Origin: a virus
Lineage: Duplodnaviria; Caudoviricetes
Virus record (IMG/VR): IMGVR_UViG_3300048777_000289
Location: 1 to 25,095 of that record
Length of the DNA stretch: 25,095 nt
Strand: one strand, 5' to 3'
A model generated the notes under the pieces. The model saw nothing but the letters and a program-made list of their open reading frames with translations. It was not told the origin of the DNA and made no database searches. Positions 8,355 through 16,366 of this stretch are shown piece by piece. Position 1 is the stretch's first letter. Each line of letters begins with the position of its first letter. A program made the position numbers and the translations under genes.

Positions 8355-10985
8355 TTATGCGGTCAATGCGCCGCTGCGGTAGCCGCCGCGGACGATGTCG
8401 AGGATCTCATCGGCGTGGCCGCGGAGAGCGGCTTTCATGCCGGCGCGGTCGTAGCCGTTGAGGTTTTGGGTGATGTGGTTATGAGTCGTATTCGCGGAAC
8501 TGGAGCTGGAGCTGGAGCTGTTGTTGCTGACCATCTTGTCGAAATTAGCCGTCTGACGCGGATCGAGAGTGCGCTCTGCCGCTCCGGAGAGATTGACCAT
8601 CATGCCGCCGTGGGGAATCATGCCGCCTGAATCGCCCAGCGCAGCGATGGCAATATAAGGCGCCATCGAAGCCATCATCGCACCAGCCGCAGCCACCGCG
8701 AGTGCCGGTCCAATGATAGGCACCCCGGCGACCGTAGATGCGGCTGCCGCGGCAGCCACGGCGGCATAGCTGGTCGCCGACGCGGCATTGGCCGCGCCCT
8801 CTGTGGTTTTCTGAGTAGTGAACCCCATCACCTGCATGATCTTCAGGAGGGCCCATTTTTCCGCTTCCTTCAGCAGCCACTGCACAACCATGTCGGCCAC
8901 GTCGAGAATGATCTTGTTGAACATCTCCGAAAAAGCCTGCGAGACGGACTTCGACTGGGTGATGATCTGGTTGAAGGCGGTGGTAAAAGCCGTATTGAAC
9001 TGTTTCGTCGCCTTATCCCACTCGGTTTTGATTTTCAGCGCCGCCTGCTGATGCAGTTGGGTGATGTGCTTGGTAAATTCGCGCGTGTCCTGCTCTTCTT
9101 TTTTCAGATCTTCGGCGAAGCGCTTTTCGTTGTTGCGATCGAGGCCTTCGATGACCGTAGATTGCTGGCGGCGGATCTGCTCTTCCTTTTTCGCAGCGGC
9201 TTCGACGGCGGCCAGCATCTGCCGCTCGCTCATCTCACCCATGCGGACCTTGAAACGGCAGTCCTCCTCGAAGTCCTCCAGATCTTTGAGGCCGATGCGA
9301 ATCTTCTCTTCGGCGGCTGAGCGTTCCGACTCAACGGCGCGCTTGGCGGCATCGGCAGCCGCCTTGTTGTAATCCTTGAAAAACGCGGCAATCTGCGCCT
9401 GCGCCCCTTTGGCGGCTTGCACATCCCACACCGTCTGCGCGAGGCCCTTGTCTTGATTTTGATCCAAGACACTCGTTGCCGCGAGGGTCTGGATTTCCGG
9501 CCCGGCCGCCTGTGTGCCACCTTTGCCGCCGCCAGCCGCGCCAGCAGCCTCAGGGTTTTCATCCTTCTTGCCGCCATGGGAAGGTTTAGGGGCATTTCCA
9601 TCCGACTTCAAGGGCCCCTTTGCTAAATCGTCCACCTCTTTCCAGCGGGCTTTTATGTCATCGAGTGCCTTACCGGTTGTCGCAACCATCGCATCATTGG
9701 CTGCTTGCCAATCTTTCGGCATATCGCGCCAGTGGCCAGTGACCGCGTCAATCATTAGCTGGCCAAGTCCCTTAAGCGCTTGAATTGTCTCCTTGATCGA
9801 AGCGTATACAGCCTGAAAAGCCACGTTGAGATACGACCCAATGGCAGCACCAAATGCTTCAACGTAATGAAGATTTTCAATAATCGCGTTACCGAGCGCC
9901 ATCAGTTCCCCGGAGAGCTGCGCAAGGTTTTTCGTCCATTCCAGCGAGGCCGCGTTCGCCTCCTTATCCGCACCGGTCTTCTTCCCCGCAGCATCCGCAT
10001 CGCGCAGAAGATTAGCTCCTTCCGCTTCCAGAAGGGGGATCAACTTGACGCCGCCGCGCGAGAATATCTCCCGAACCGCATTGGCCTCCATCGTCGAACC
10101 AGCATACTTTTGCATCCCGATAGCAAGATGCTGCAGCATCTCCTCCGGCGAGTCGTTTTTCAACTGTTCTTCAGTAACATCGAGATCGAGAAAAGCTTGC
10201 TTCAGCTTATCGCTGCCATGGTTCGCCTCGTACTGCACAGCGTTCATATGAAAGAGAGACCTGGCGAGTGTGTCAAGGTCCATCCCCAACTCCTTCGCCA
10301 TCTGCCGTAACCCGGCCATGCGTTCAAAGGTGAATCCTGTCTCTTCGGCCATATGGCCCAGTTCAACATTCACCTTCACCGCATCGTCAATGAAGTGGGC
10401 TGCGAAGCCGGCCAAGATGCCCGCTCCCATCAGCGAACTGAGGCCGGCAAACCCAGCACCGATGCCGGCAGCGCTGATCTTTGAAGTCTCGGCGGTAGCA
10501 GCGAACTTCGCCTGCATGCCTGTGAGCGCCGCTTTAACCTCCGCTCCAGCGACGGTCCACGCAGCGGCTACCGGCGGCGCGCTGGCGGCCATCTCGGCGG
10601 CGGCTGCCTTGACGGCGGCAGCTCCTTCAGCCTGGGCAGCAGTCAGAAGCTGCTGCGAAGCCGCCAGACGGCGAATGCTCTCTTCAGCAGGCAAGCTGGC
10701 ATCTTTGACAAGCACCCAGGACCGGCGCACATCCGCCTGGGCGACGACGATCCCCTTCATGGCCTCAGCTTGCCTGATTGCGCTGGCGCTGACATTGTTG
10801 GCAAGTTCTTTTGCCGCCGCGCTCATATTCATGTATGCAGACGTAGTCCGGGCGCTGGTCTCCTCAACGATGGGCGATATGCTCTGATTGGACTTATTGA
10901 TCAGTTCCGTCGTACTGGTGATGCCCTCTTCGACATTAGTCTTGTCAAAGACTGCGCCAATTCGAACTACAGCATCTTCAGCCAT
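8355..10985 (-). CDS. Tail tape measure protein, 876 aa
   Basis: Long Ala-rich helical protein with coiled-coil stretches and a C-terminal GVPIIGPALAVAAA segment. It lies after the chaperone genes and before DUF2460; GGAG RBS. Confidence 0.9.
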   Translation of the reverse strand: MAEDAVVRIGAVFDKTNVEEGITSTTELINKSNQSISPIVEETSARTTSAYMNMSAAAKELANNVSASAIRQAEAMKGIVVAQADVRRSWVLVKDASLPAEESIRRLAASQQLLTAAQAEGAAAVKAAAAEMAASAPPVAAAWTVAGAEVKAALTGMQAKFAATAETSKISAAGIGAGFAGLSSLMGAGILAGFAAHFIDDAVKVNVELGHMAEETGFTFERMAGLRQMAKELGMDLDTLARSLFHMNAVQYEANHGSDKLKQAFLDLDVTEEQLKNDSPEEMLQHLAIGMQKYAGSTMEANAVREIFSRGGVKLIPLLEAEGANLLRDADAAGKKTGADKEANAASLEWTKNLAQLSGELMALGNAIIENLHYVEAFGAAIGSYLNVAFQAVYASIKETIQALKGLGQLMIDAVTGHWRDMPKDWQAANDAMVATTGKALDDIKARWKEVDDLAKGPLKSDGNAPKPSHGGKKDENPEAAGAAGGGKGGTQAAGPEIQTLAATSVLDQNQDKGLAQTVWDVQAAKGAQAQIAAFFKDYNKAAADAAKRAVESERSAAEEKIRIGLKDLEDFEEDCRFKVRMGEMSERQMLAAVEAAAKKEEQIRRQQSTVIEGLDRNNEKRFAEDLKKEEQDTREFTKHITQLHQQAALKIKTEWDKATKQFNTAFTTAFNQIITQSKSVSQAFSEMFNKIILDVADMVVQWLLKEAEKWALLKIMQVMGFTTQKTTEGAANAASATSYAAVAAAAAASTVAGVPIIGPALAVAAAGAMMASMAPYIAIAALGDSGGMIPHGGMMVNLSGAAERTLDPRQTANFDKMVSNNSSSSSSSSANTTHNHITQNLNGYDRAGMKAALRGHADEILDIVRGGYRSGALTA

Positions 10986-11000
10986 GATGTTTTCTCCAAT

Positions 11001-11027
11001 AGAAAAACCCCGCCGGGGCGGGGCTTT
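11001..11027 (-). terminator. Intrinsic terminator closing the moron
   Basis: Minus strand AAAGCCCCGC-CCCG-GCGGGGTTTTTCT: a GC stem plus U-tract about 20 nt after the stop at 11049. Confidence 0.75.
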
Positions 11028-11048
11028 GCAGTTACCTGTTCGGTTAGA

Positions 11049-11621
11049 TTATTTCCAGCCGTCGCGTGGATAGATTGCTTGTGGTTTCGTCTGATAGCAC
11101 GATTCAAGACGATGGTGTTTTGCATAATTTTTTCTCGCTTTACCATTCGGTATCGACTCGGTACCAGGCTGCTGGATGCAAGCCAGGTCTACTCCCTCGC
11201 GTTGCACAAAGCGAAAATGAAAGACAGGCATGTCGCTATTAGAGCGCCCCATGACTGTGAAGATCGAGTCTGGCTCAAACGTCATATCCCATGGATCACC
11301 GTATCCCCAGCGCTCATCGGCAACATAGTATCCACCCCCGTCCGCTTGGACGAGATAAAAATAAAGCCCGAACCCCTCAGCACATTCAGCCCCCGACTCA
11401 TCCGCGGAGCAATGCCAACTTTGTGTATTCCCGGTTGAATCTGTGTATCTATAGTGCTGATCGTTCGAACTTGTTCTAACAAGGCGAGCCGCGTACGGAT
11501 AGGATGGCACAACACCGGCCCCAAAATATTGATCCCAGTCACTTACAGGTTTCTTGGTTCCGTAGCAGCTCTCAGCGATCATCAAGGCGACGGCAAGCGA
11601 GAGGAGAATCCATTTTTTCAT
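11049..11621 (-). CDS. Exported hypothetical protein (moron), 190 aa
   Basis: MKKWILLSLAVALMIAESC signal-peptide-like N-terminus, several Cys, ATGA overlap with the upstream gene, visibly lower GC than the flanks. Confidence 0.7.
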   Translation of the reverse strand: MKKWILLSLAVALMIAESCYGTKKPVSDWDQYFGAGVVPSYPYAARLVRTSSNDQHYRYTDSTGNTQSWHCSADESGAECAEGFGLYFYLVQADGGGYYVADERWGYGDPWDMTFEPDSIFTVMGRSNSDMPVFHFRFVQREGVDLACIQQPGTESIPNGKARKNYAKHHRLESCYQTKPQAIYPRDGWK

Positions 11622-11839
11622 GATTTGCTCCCCTTCCATTGTGTAACCTCATGCCTTTTGCAAACTCCACATTTTCCGCCCTCCTTCGCACAATGCCGGC
11701 AATGCGAACAATTTTTACAGGCATAGCACGGATCGGAACCGGTACAGGTTGCGTAGGCAGCATCCTCATAAATCAAGACGCTTCCCACACAAAAAATACA
11801 CAAAAGGAATGCTAGCGCAAATCGTTTTCGAGACCCCAT
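11618..11839 (-). CDS. Small exported Cys-rich protein (moron), 73 aa
   Basis: GGGGAG RBS and ATG at 11839; basic/hydrophobic leader followed by CTGSDPCYACKNCSHCRHCAKEGGKCGVC (8 Cys). Confidence 0.75.
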   Translation of the reverse strand: MGSRKRFALAFLLCIFCVGSVLIYEDAAYATCTGSDPCYACKNCSHCRHCAKEGGKCGVCKRHEVTQWKGSKS

Positions 11840-11860
11840 GCGGTACTCCCCCACGACAGC

Positions 11861-11890
11861 ATTCTAGCTCACCGCCGTGGAGGAGTCTTA
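11861..11890 (-). promoter_or_regulatory. Possible sigma70 promoter for the moron (-10 TAGAAT at 11866-11861)
   Basis: 5/6 match to the -10 consensus, 21 nt before the ATG; the -35 is weak (AAGACT at 17-nt spacing). Confidence 0.3.
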
Positions 11891-12273
11891 CCACTTTCGT
11901 CTTTTTTCGATGCTTCTTTCGGGTGGATCACACTCTGCGCGTATTCGTAGAGGGCGCGGGTTTTGTCGCTCATCTTGCGTACCGGCACGCCCAAAAACCG
12001 GGCGATCTGCGGGGTCTGCGAGACGGTTTCGCCGTTATCGGGCCTTGAAACTGACCCCTGTCCGCTGTCCACTGTCCGCTGCTCTTGCGGTCCGAGATAA
12101 CGCAGGGCCAGCAGATCGTGCACAGGTGGCGATTTTCGCCAATAGAGGAGCAGGGCGACAATGCGGCCGAAGCACATCTCGTCGATCTGCTCAAAGGTCC
12201 AGCCGGTAGCGGTGGCTATGCGGCTGTCGATCGCCGCCCAGTCGATCTCCCCGTCACCGGCGGCTATTCCCCC
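11869..12273 (-). CDS. Tail assembly chaperone, frameshifted (T) portion of the G-T fusion
   Basis: The -1 frame is open from the slippery site: GIAAGDGEIDWAAIDSRIATATGWTFEQIDEMCFGRIVALLLYWRKSPPVH..., continuous with ORF 11869..12177. No clear RBS of its own. Confidence 0.8.
   Translation of the reverse strand, partial: GGIAAGDGEIDWAAIDSRIATATGWTFEQIDEMCFGRIVALLLYWRKSPPVHDLLALRYLGPQEQRTVDSGQGSVSRPDNGETVSQTPQIARFLGVPVRKMSDKTRALYEYAQSVIHPKEASKKDESGKTPPRR
12055..12081 (+). repeat. Heptamer array (TCCRCTG)x3 inside the coding sequence
   Basis: cccctg tccgctg tccactg tccgctg; the 21 nt preserve the reading frame. Confidence 0.65.
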
Positions 12274-12572
12274 TCAGAGACCGCCTCCAGGCCGCTCTGG
12301 CCGGAAAGCGCCTTGAGGGCGAGCGTGCTGGTATTCAGATCAAGCCACTCGGCCAGATCGTCGGCGGTGACTTCCGGATAGTTGCGCTGGATGGCCAGCA
12401 GAATGATGTCGTCGAACCAGGTGACCCCCTGCTCCGTAGGAGTGCCCTCAGGGACGCCGGCGGCGAGCCGCGCGGCATTCTCCTGATACTGGCGCTTGGA
12501 AAGCGAGGGAATGTAGAAGTTTTGCCCGTTCATGTAGACAGGGACGCCGAGGTAGCGAAGTTTTTGTGGCAT
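12264..12572 (-). CDS. Tail assembly chaperone (G), 102 aa
   Basis: Follows the tail tube gene; I..A.QRNYPEVT.D.L.E.LDL motif; GGAG RBS; ends in a slippery site. Confidence 0.82.
   Translation of the reverse strand: MPQKLRYLGVPVYMNGQNFYIPSLSKRQYQENAARLAAGVPEGTPTEQGVTWFDDIILLAIQRNYPEVTADDLAEWLDLNTSTLALKALSGQSGLEAVSEGE
12267..12273 (-). promoter_or_regulatory. -1 programmed ribosomal frameshift site GGGGGAA
   Basis: GAG GGG GAA TAG at the end of G; a -1 shift enters the open downstream frame. This is the conserved arrangement in long-tailed phages. Confidence 0.8.
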
Positions 12573-12588
12573 GGGTTACTCCAAAGAA

Positions 12589-12614
12589 CAGGGATTAGGG
12601 GTTAGGGGTTAGGA
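12589..12614 (+). repeat. Telomere-like heptamer array CAGGGAT TAGGGGT TAGGGGT TAGGA
   Basis: Read directly; immediately upstream of the chaperone RBS. Confidence 0.9.
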
Positions 12615-12664
12615 AAAAGCAAACGCGGATCCTTCGACTGCGCTGCGCTCCGTTCAGGATGACA
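12615..12664. repeat. REP-like palindromic element (TGTCATCCTGAACGGAGCGCAGCGCAGTCGAAGGATC on minus)
   Basis: Imperfect palindrome ATCCT...AGGAT with a TGTC/GTCA tag, resembling CGTC-type REP elements. Confidence 0.65.
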
Positions 12665-12800
12665 GCGCAGTGGAAGACGCTCTGGCAATTCTCGCGACCT
12701 CTTTCCCTCAAGAGTGACGTTTTCCTGAGCTGATTGGGCAGGCCGAAGCGCGCTCGGGACACGCTCCGGCCGGAGGAACGGGATGGAAGGCCCGCGCCCC

Positions 12801-12828
12801 TTCGCAGCCTGTTACCACAGGCTGCGAA
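12801..12828 (-). terminator. Perfect 12-bp hairpin just after the tail tube stop (terminator or mRNA stabiliser)
   Basis: TTCGCAGCCTGT-GGTA-ACAGGCTGCGAA; no U-tract in the direction of transcription. Confidence 0.5.
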
Positions 12829-12834
12829 AGCAGT

Positions 12835-13599
12835 TTACATGTCCATTTCAAACGATCCCAGCTTGTTGCTGAAATCACAGCAGGCTTTGAAGTCAAAGTC
12901 CGAAAGCCAGTGATCTTCCAGCTTCGAGGCGATCGAAAAAGAGCCAAGAATAACCTGGTTCAGGATCAGGGCCACTGTCTTGCCGCGGTATTTGTTGAAC
13001 ATGTACATGTTTTGCCGCGGCCTGGTGCCCATGGGCATGTTCATCAGATCCAGCGTCTCGCCGTTGACCAAATCCGGCCAGACATAGTTCAGCCACACGA
13101 CCGAAGCCGGTTCGGAAGGGTTGAATTTGTAGGCCGCGCTGGTCACAGGCGATGAACTGCTGGCGGGAGTGAACGTATAGCTCCCAATCGGAGGAGCGCC
13201 AACGCCCTCATAGAGAGACATTGGATCGCCGGTATCTCCGTTGATGACGCCGAGGTTGATGGTTGCGGTGGGGTTGTTTGGAATCAGCGTGGCCACCGGC
13301 GCCTGCTCTTCATTTTGCACTGGACGGTTCAGTCCCTGCTTGGGCGTGGAACCGAAAAACAAAGGGCCAATCAGCGAGGGAGGCGGAGCGATAATCTTGC
13401 CCTTGCCGCTCACAGTCACCTTGCCATCGAAAGTATCGACAGCAAAAATTCCCTGACCAAAGAGATCCTTGGTGTCACCCTTGAACTCGCAGCTCACTTC
13501 CTGCAGAACCGGATAGGGGCGCGGGCTCAGATCGGTGAGGTTGTCGATGTTCACATTCGGCGTCCCAATCAGGACGCCACTTCCACCTTGAAAATTCAT
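12835..13599 (-). CDS. Major tail (tube) protein, 254 aa
   Basis: AAGGAG RBS and ATG at 13599; F.GGSGVLIG, LQEVS.EF.G..KDLFGQ..F.V and K.ED....DFDF motifs; synteny. Confidence 0.8.
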   Translation of the reverse strand: MNFQGGSGVLIGTPNVNIDNLTDLSPRPYPVLQEVSCEFKGDTKDLFGQGIFAVDTFDGKVTVSGKGKIIAPPPSLIGPLFFGSTPKQGLNRPVQNEEQAPVATLIPNNPTATINLGVINGDTGDPMSLYEGVGAPPIGSYTFTPASSSSPVTSAAYKFNPSEPASVVWLNYVWPDLVNGETLDLMNMPMGTRPRQNMYMFNKYRGKTVALILNQVILGSFSIASKLEDHWLSDFDFKACCDFSNKLGSFEMDM

Positions 13600-13636
13600 G
13601 GTAGCTCCTTCGGCGCTGATTGAGCGCACAAGTTAG

Positions 13637-13687
13637 GAAAGCGGCGCAGCCGCTTTCAGGGGTTAGGGGTTAGGGGTTAGGGGTTAG
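13637..13687 (+). repeat. 9-bp GCA-triloop hairpin followed by (AGGGGTT)x4 with four perfect G4 tracts
   Basis: gaaagcggc-gca-gccgctttc aggggtt aggggtt aggggtt aggggtt ag. Confidence 0.9.
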
Positions 13688-13706
13688 AAAAACCCGAGCC
13701 CTGCGG

Positions 13707-14288
13707 TTAGTCGATAAGAATATGCACCGGAATCATGGCGCCGAGTTGGTTGCCGAAGATGCCAGGGTCAACCTCTGTGTTGCCCTCGATCCAGCAGTGG
13801 GTGACCAGGCCGCCGAGGGTGAACTTGCCGGTGTTTGGATCGTCAGGCACAAAGACAGAGTCAATGGCCAGCAAGAGTCCGTTTAAGATTGTTTCGCCAA
13901 GCAGTTTTTCCTGGCCGATATCCTCGACAGGCGCTTCGTTGAAGGCATAGACAATCACCAGGCCGTGCAGAATCAGCTTGGGCGGCGCGCCGGGCGGCTT
14001 CTGCGGGATCTGCGTCTCTCGCAGCGAGACAAGGAAGAGCGCCGGCTGGTCGGCCATCTTGAGCTTGGGGGGCGCTACATGCCTGCGGCCCATATTGGTA
14101 AAAGTTCCACCAAGACTCGCCTGAAACCAGGCAAAGAGCGCTGTCCAGATTGCCTCACGATCGATAGCGGCAAACTGCGAGAACATCCCGGACCGTGGAA
14201 CGATGGAAACACCGCCCGCAAAGGTAGGCCGGGGAACTTCGGCGGCGGCAATTGGCTGGCCATTGGAATCGAGTGTTAAAAGGCTCAT
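13707..14288 (-). CDS. Tail completion / terminator-like protein
   Basis: REAIW.ALF, DQPALF, LN.LL.AID and TLGGLV.HCWIEG motifs; lies directly before the tail tube gene; ATGA overlap with the upstream gene. Confidence 0.7.
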   Translation of the reverse strand: MSLLTLDSNGQPIAAAEVPRPTFAGGVSIVPRSGMFSQFAAIDREAIWTALFAWFQASLGGTFTNMGRRHVAPPKLKMADQPALFLVSLRETQIPQKPPGAPPKLILHGLVIVYAFNEAPVEDIGQEKLLGETILNGLLLAIDSVFVPDDPNTGKFTLGGLVTHCWIEGNTEVDPGIFGNQLGAMIPVHILID

Positions 14289-14857
14289 ACGTTACCCCCT
14301 GCCGCCGCCGCGGCGATGGCCTCTTGCATCTTTTCCACCAGTGGCGGATACCACCGCTCCTGCGCCTCCCGCGCAAAGGGCCGGGAGCGAACGCTGAAGG
14401 CCGCATGGCCCGCAGCCCAGACCAGAGTTCCATCCGCCTGAAAGCCGAAAGCGCGGTGCAGATAGGAATCGGCGAAACTCTCTCCGGCTTTCGAATATTT
14501 GTTGTATTTTCTGCGCTGGCCGGTATCTGACAACTTCATCGCTTTTTCATGGAAGCCGGCCATGAGCCAGATGCCAATATGTTTGCCCTTCTGGCCCATC
14601 GAGCTGTCAGTCGTTACTTGAGCGCCGATCTCCACATCGTTGTCATAAGCCATCGCCGAAGCCAGGATGGAGGCAAAGTACTTGCCGGTGCGTTCTTCAA
14701 TTCCTTCCTCGGCAGCCGCCTCAACAGTCATCTGCGCCAACTCTGGCGCGCCGGCTTCCATGACCTCGCGGATGTTGGCAAAGATGCGTTCGCGCACCAT
14801 CTGCAGATGATCGACAGTCTCATCGACGCTGGCCTGCTCGACAAAAAGCGAGATCAT
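14285..14857 (-). CDS. Neck / tail-completion protein (HK97 gp10-like position)
   Basis: RTG....SI motif and C-terminal RPF; synteny; translationally coupled on both sides. Confidence 0.6.
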   Translation of the reverse strand: MISLFVEQASVDETVDHLQMVRERIFANIREVMEAGAPELAQMTVEAAAEEGIEERTGKYFASILASAMAYDNDVEIGAQVTTDSSMGQKGKHIGIWLMAGFHEKAMKLSDTGQRRKYNKYSKAGESFADSYLHRAFGFQADGTLVWAAGHAAFSVRSRPFAREAQERWYPPLVEKMQEAIAAAAAGGNV

Positions 14858-16335
14858 GAGAGCCTTACCTTCAGCGCGGGAAGAAACTGCTGAATGGTGC
14901 GATCGTCGATGTCGCGCGCCTGGCGATCTTCAAACATGGTTCTGGACACCACGCCCAGGCCATCCACGCGGCCCAGCGCGATGCGCTTGTAATACTCCTG
15001 GCGACTCTTGGTGCCGTAGTGGTTGATGCGCAGCAGCGAGCTGTGATGGATCACCGTGCGCGCGGAGGTGATCTTCTCGCCCTCCTCGCCGAAGGTGCCA
15101 CCCTGCACATTGAAGAAGTGCGCATTCTGGCCGCTCACGCATTGCTTATCCATGCGAAGGATCGACTTGATGTGACGGCCGTTGTCATTGGTATTCGGCA
15201 GCCGCCAGGTGAAGCGTTCAAGCACCGGTTCGGACGAGTACTCCTCGCGGCCGGAAGCGCCGAAATAGACCCAGTTGACTCCCACCGCGCCCCACTCCGG
15301 CTTGAGACGCTCCATCGCCGGCGGCAGGGTGGAATACTGCGGCGAGAAAAGAAATTCATCGATATCAATGAAGGCGAGCCATAGATGCTCCCCTTGGTGC
15401 TTCCTGAGGCAGTCAGTGTAAGCGGCCATCTGCGTTGGGCCGGCCATGGGCCATTCAATGAGCTCCACCAGGCCGCGCTCGATATAGGGCCGAAGCACCG
15501 CCTTGTAATTGTCGGTGGAGCGGTTTTGATAGAGAAAGAAGCGTGTTACCCCCATCATCAAGTGAAACTCAACCCACTCACGCAGGTAGAGAGCCTCATT
15601 GCGGAAGATGGCGCAGATGGCTAGCGCGTTAGGACTGACGATCAGGCTGGGATTGACTTTGGTGATGCGAATCCAATCGCGGCCGTACTTGCGGGCCATC
15701 ACTGTATCCATTTCCAACTGTGCGTTGCGGCCGTAGGCGTTGCGATCGGTCTGCGAGGCCTTGCTGAGATGATGCAACTCGACGCGATTAGTGAGGACCG
15801 AATGCAGCCCTGCCTGGCGAATGCGGTAGCCGTAGTCATAGTCCACGCCCCAGCCGAGGGTGAAATCGAGATCCCAGAAGCCTACTTTCTCGATGGTCGA
15901 AGCCTTGATCAGGGTGCAGGTTGGCTCCAGCCATGGCACCACCTGGGCCGCGCTCGCGGCCTGACGCATGTGCGGATGGTCAGAGTTATACACCGGCGAG
16001 ATCTGCGCAAAGCTCTCGTCAGAGAAGAGCGTCTCGGCCAGCTTTTTGAGCGAATCGCGGCCCTCCGCCGAAAAGATCATGTCAGAGTTCAGAAACCAGA
16101 AAGCGTCAAAGCTGCCGCATTTGCGTGCAAACTGATAGCCCTCATGCATACCCTTGGTAAAGCCGAGGTTCAGCGGCAGTTGCAGCTCCGCACCCTCGTA
16201 CTCCGGAACCGAGCCGTTATCGACGACGAAAACAGCTTTCTCGGGATATTCAAGCTCAGTGCGCAGCCAGTGGGCCAGCTTGCGCGTCAGATCGGGAGTG
16301 TTGTAATTGAGGACGATGATAGCGATCGAGTGCAT
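14854..16335 (-). CDS. Two-domain glycosyltransferase (GT2 + GT92/DUF23-like), 493 aa
   Basis: N-domain: IIVLNYN, VVDNGS, NLGFTKG, FLNSD, GWGVDYDY. C-domain: AICAIFRNEALYLREWVEFH, WLAFIDIDEF (DxD), INHYGTKS. A GGAG RBS favours ATG 16335. Confidence 0.9.
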   Translation of the reverse strand: MHSIAIIVLNYNTPDLTRKLAHWLRTELEYPEKAVFVVDNGSVPEYEGAELQLPLNLGFTKGMHEGYQFARKCGSFDAFWFLNSDMIFSAEGRDSLKKLAETLFSDESFAQISPVYNSDHPHMRQAASAAQVVPWLEPTCTLIKASTIEKVGFWDLDFTLGWGVDYDYGYRIRQAGLHSVLTNRVELHHLSKASQTDRNAYGRNAQLEMDTVMARKYGRDWIRITKVNPSLIVSPNALAICAIFRNEALYLREWVEFHLMMGVTRFFLYQNRSTDNYKAVLRPYIERGLVELIEWPMAGPTQMAAYTDCLRKHQGEHLWLAFIDIDEFLFSPQYSTLPPAMERLKPEWGAVGVNWVYFGASGREEYSSEPVLERFTWRLPNTNDNGRHIKSILRMDKQCVSGQNAHFFNVQGGTFGEEGEKITSARTVIHHSSLLRINHYGTKSRQEYYKRIALGRVDGLGVVSRTMFEDRQARDIDDRTIQQFLPALKVRLS

Positions 16336-16366
16336 TCTTAAAATCTCCGAGATTGACAAATTTGAA

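Noticed and set aside
8498-8526. (GAGCTG)n hexamer repeat
   Set aside because: It simply encodes the poly-Ser linker at the tape measure C-terminus.
12708-12947. 79-aa minus-strand ORF extending into the long spacer
   Set aside because: It overlaps the tail tube gene out of frame, lacks an RBS and crosses the hairpin.
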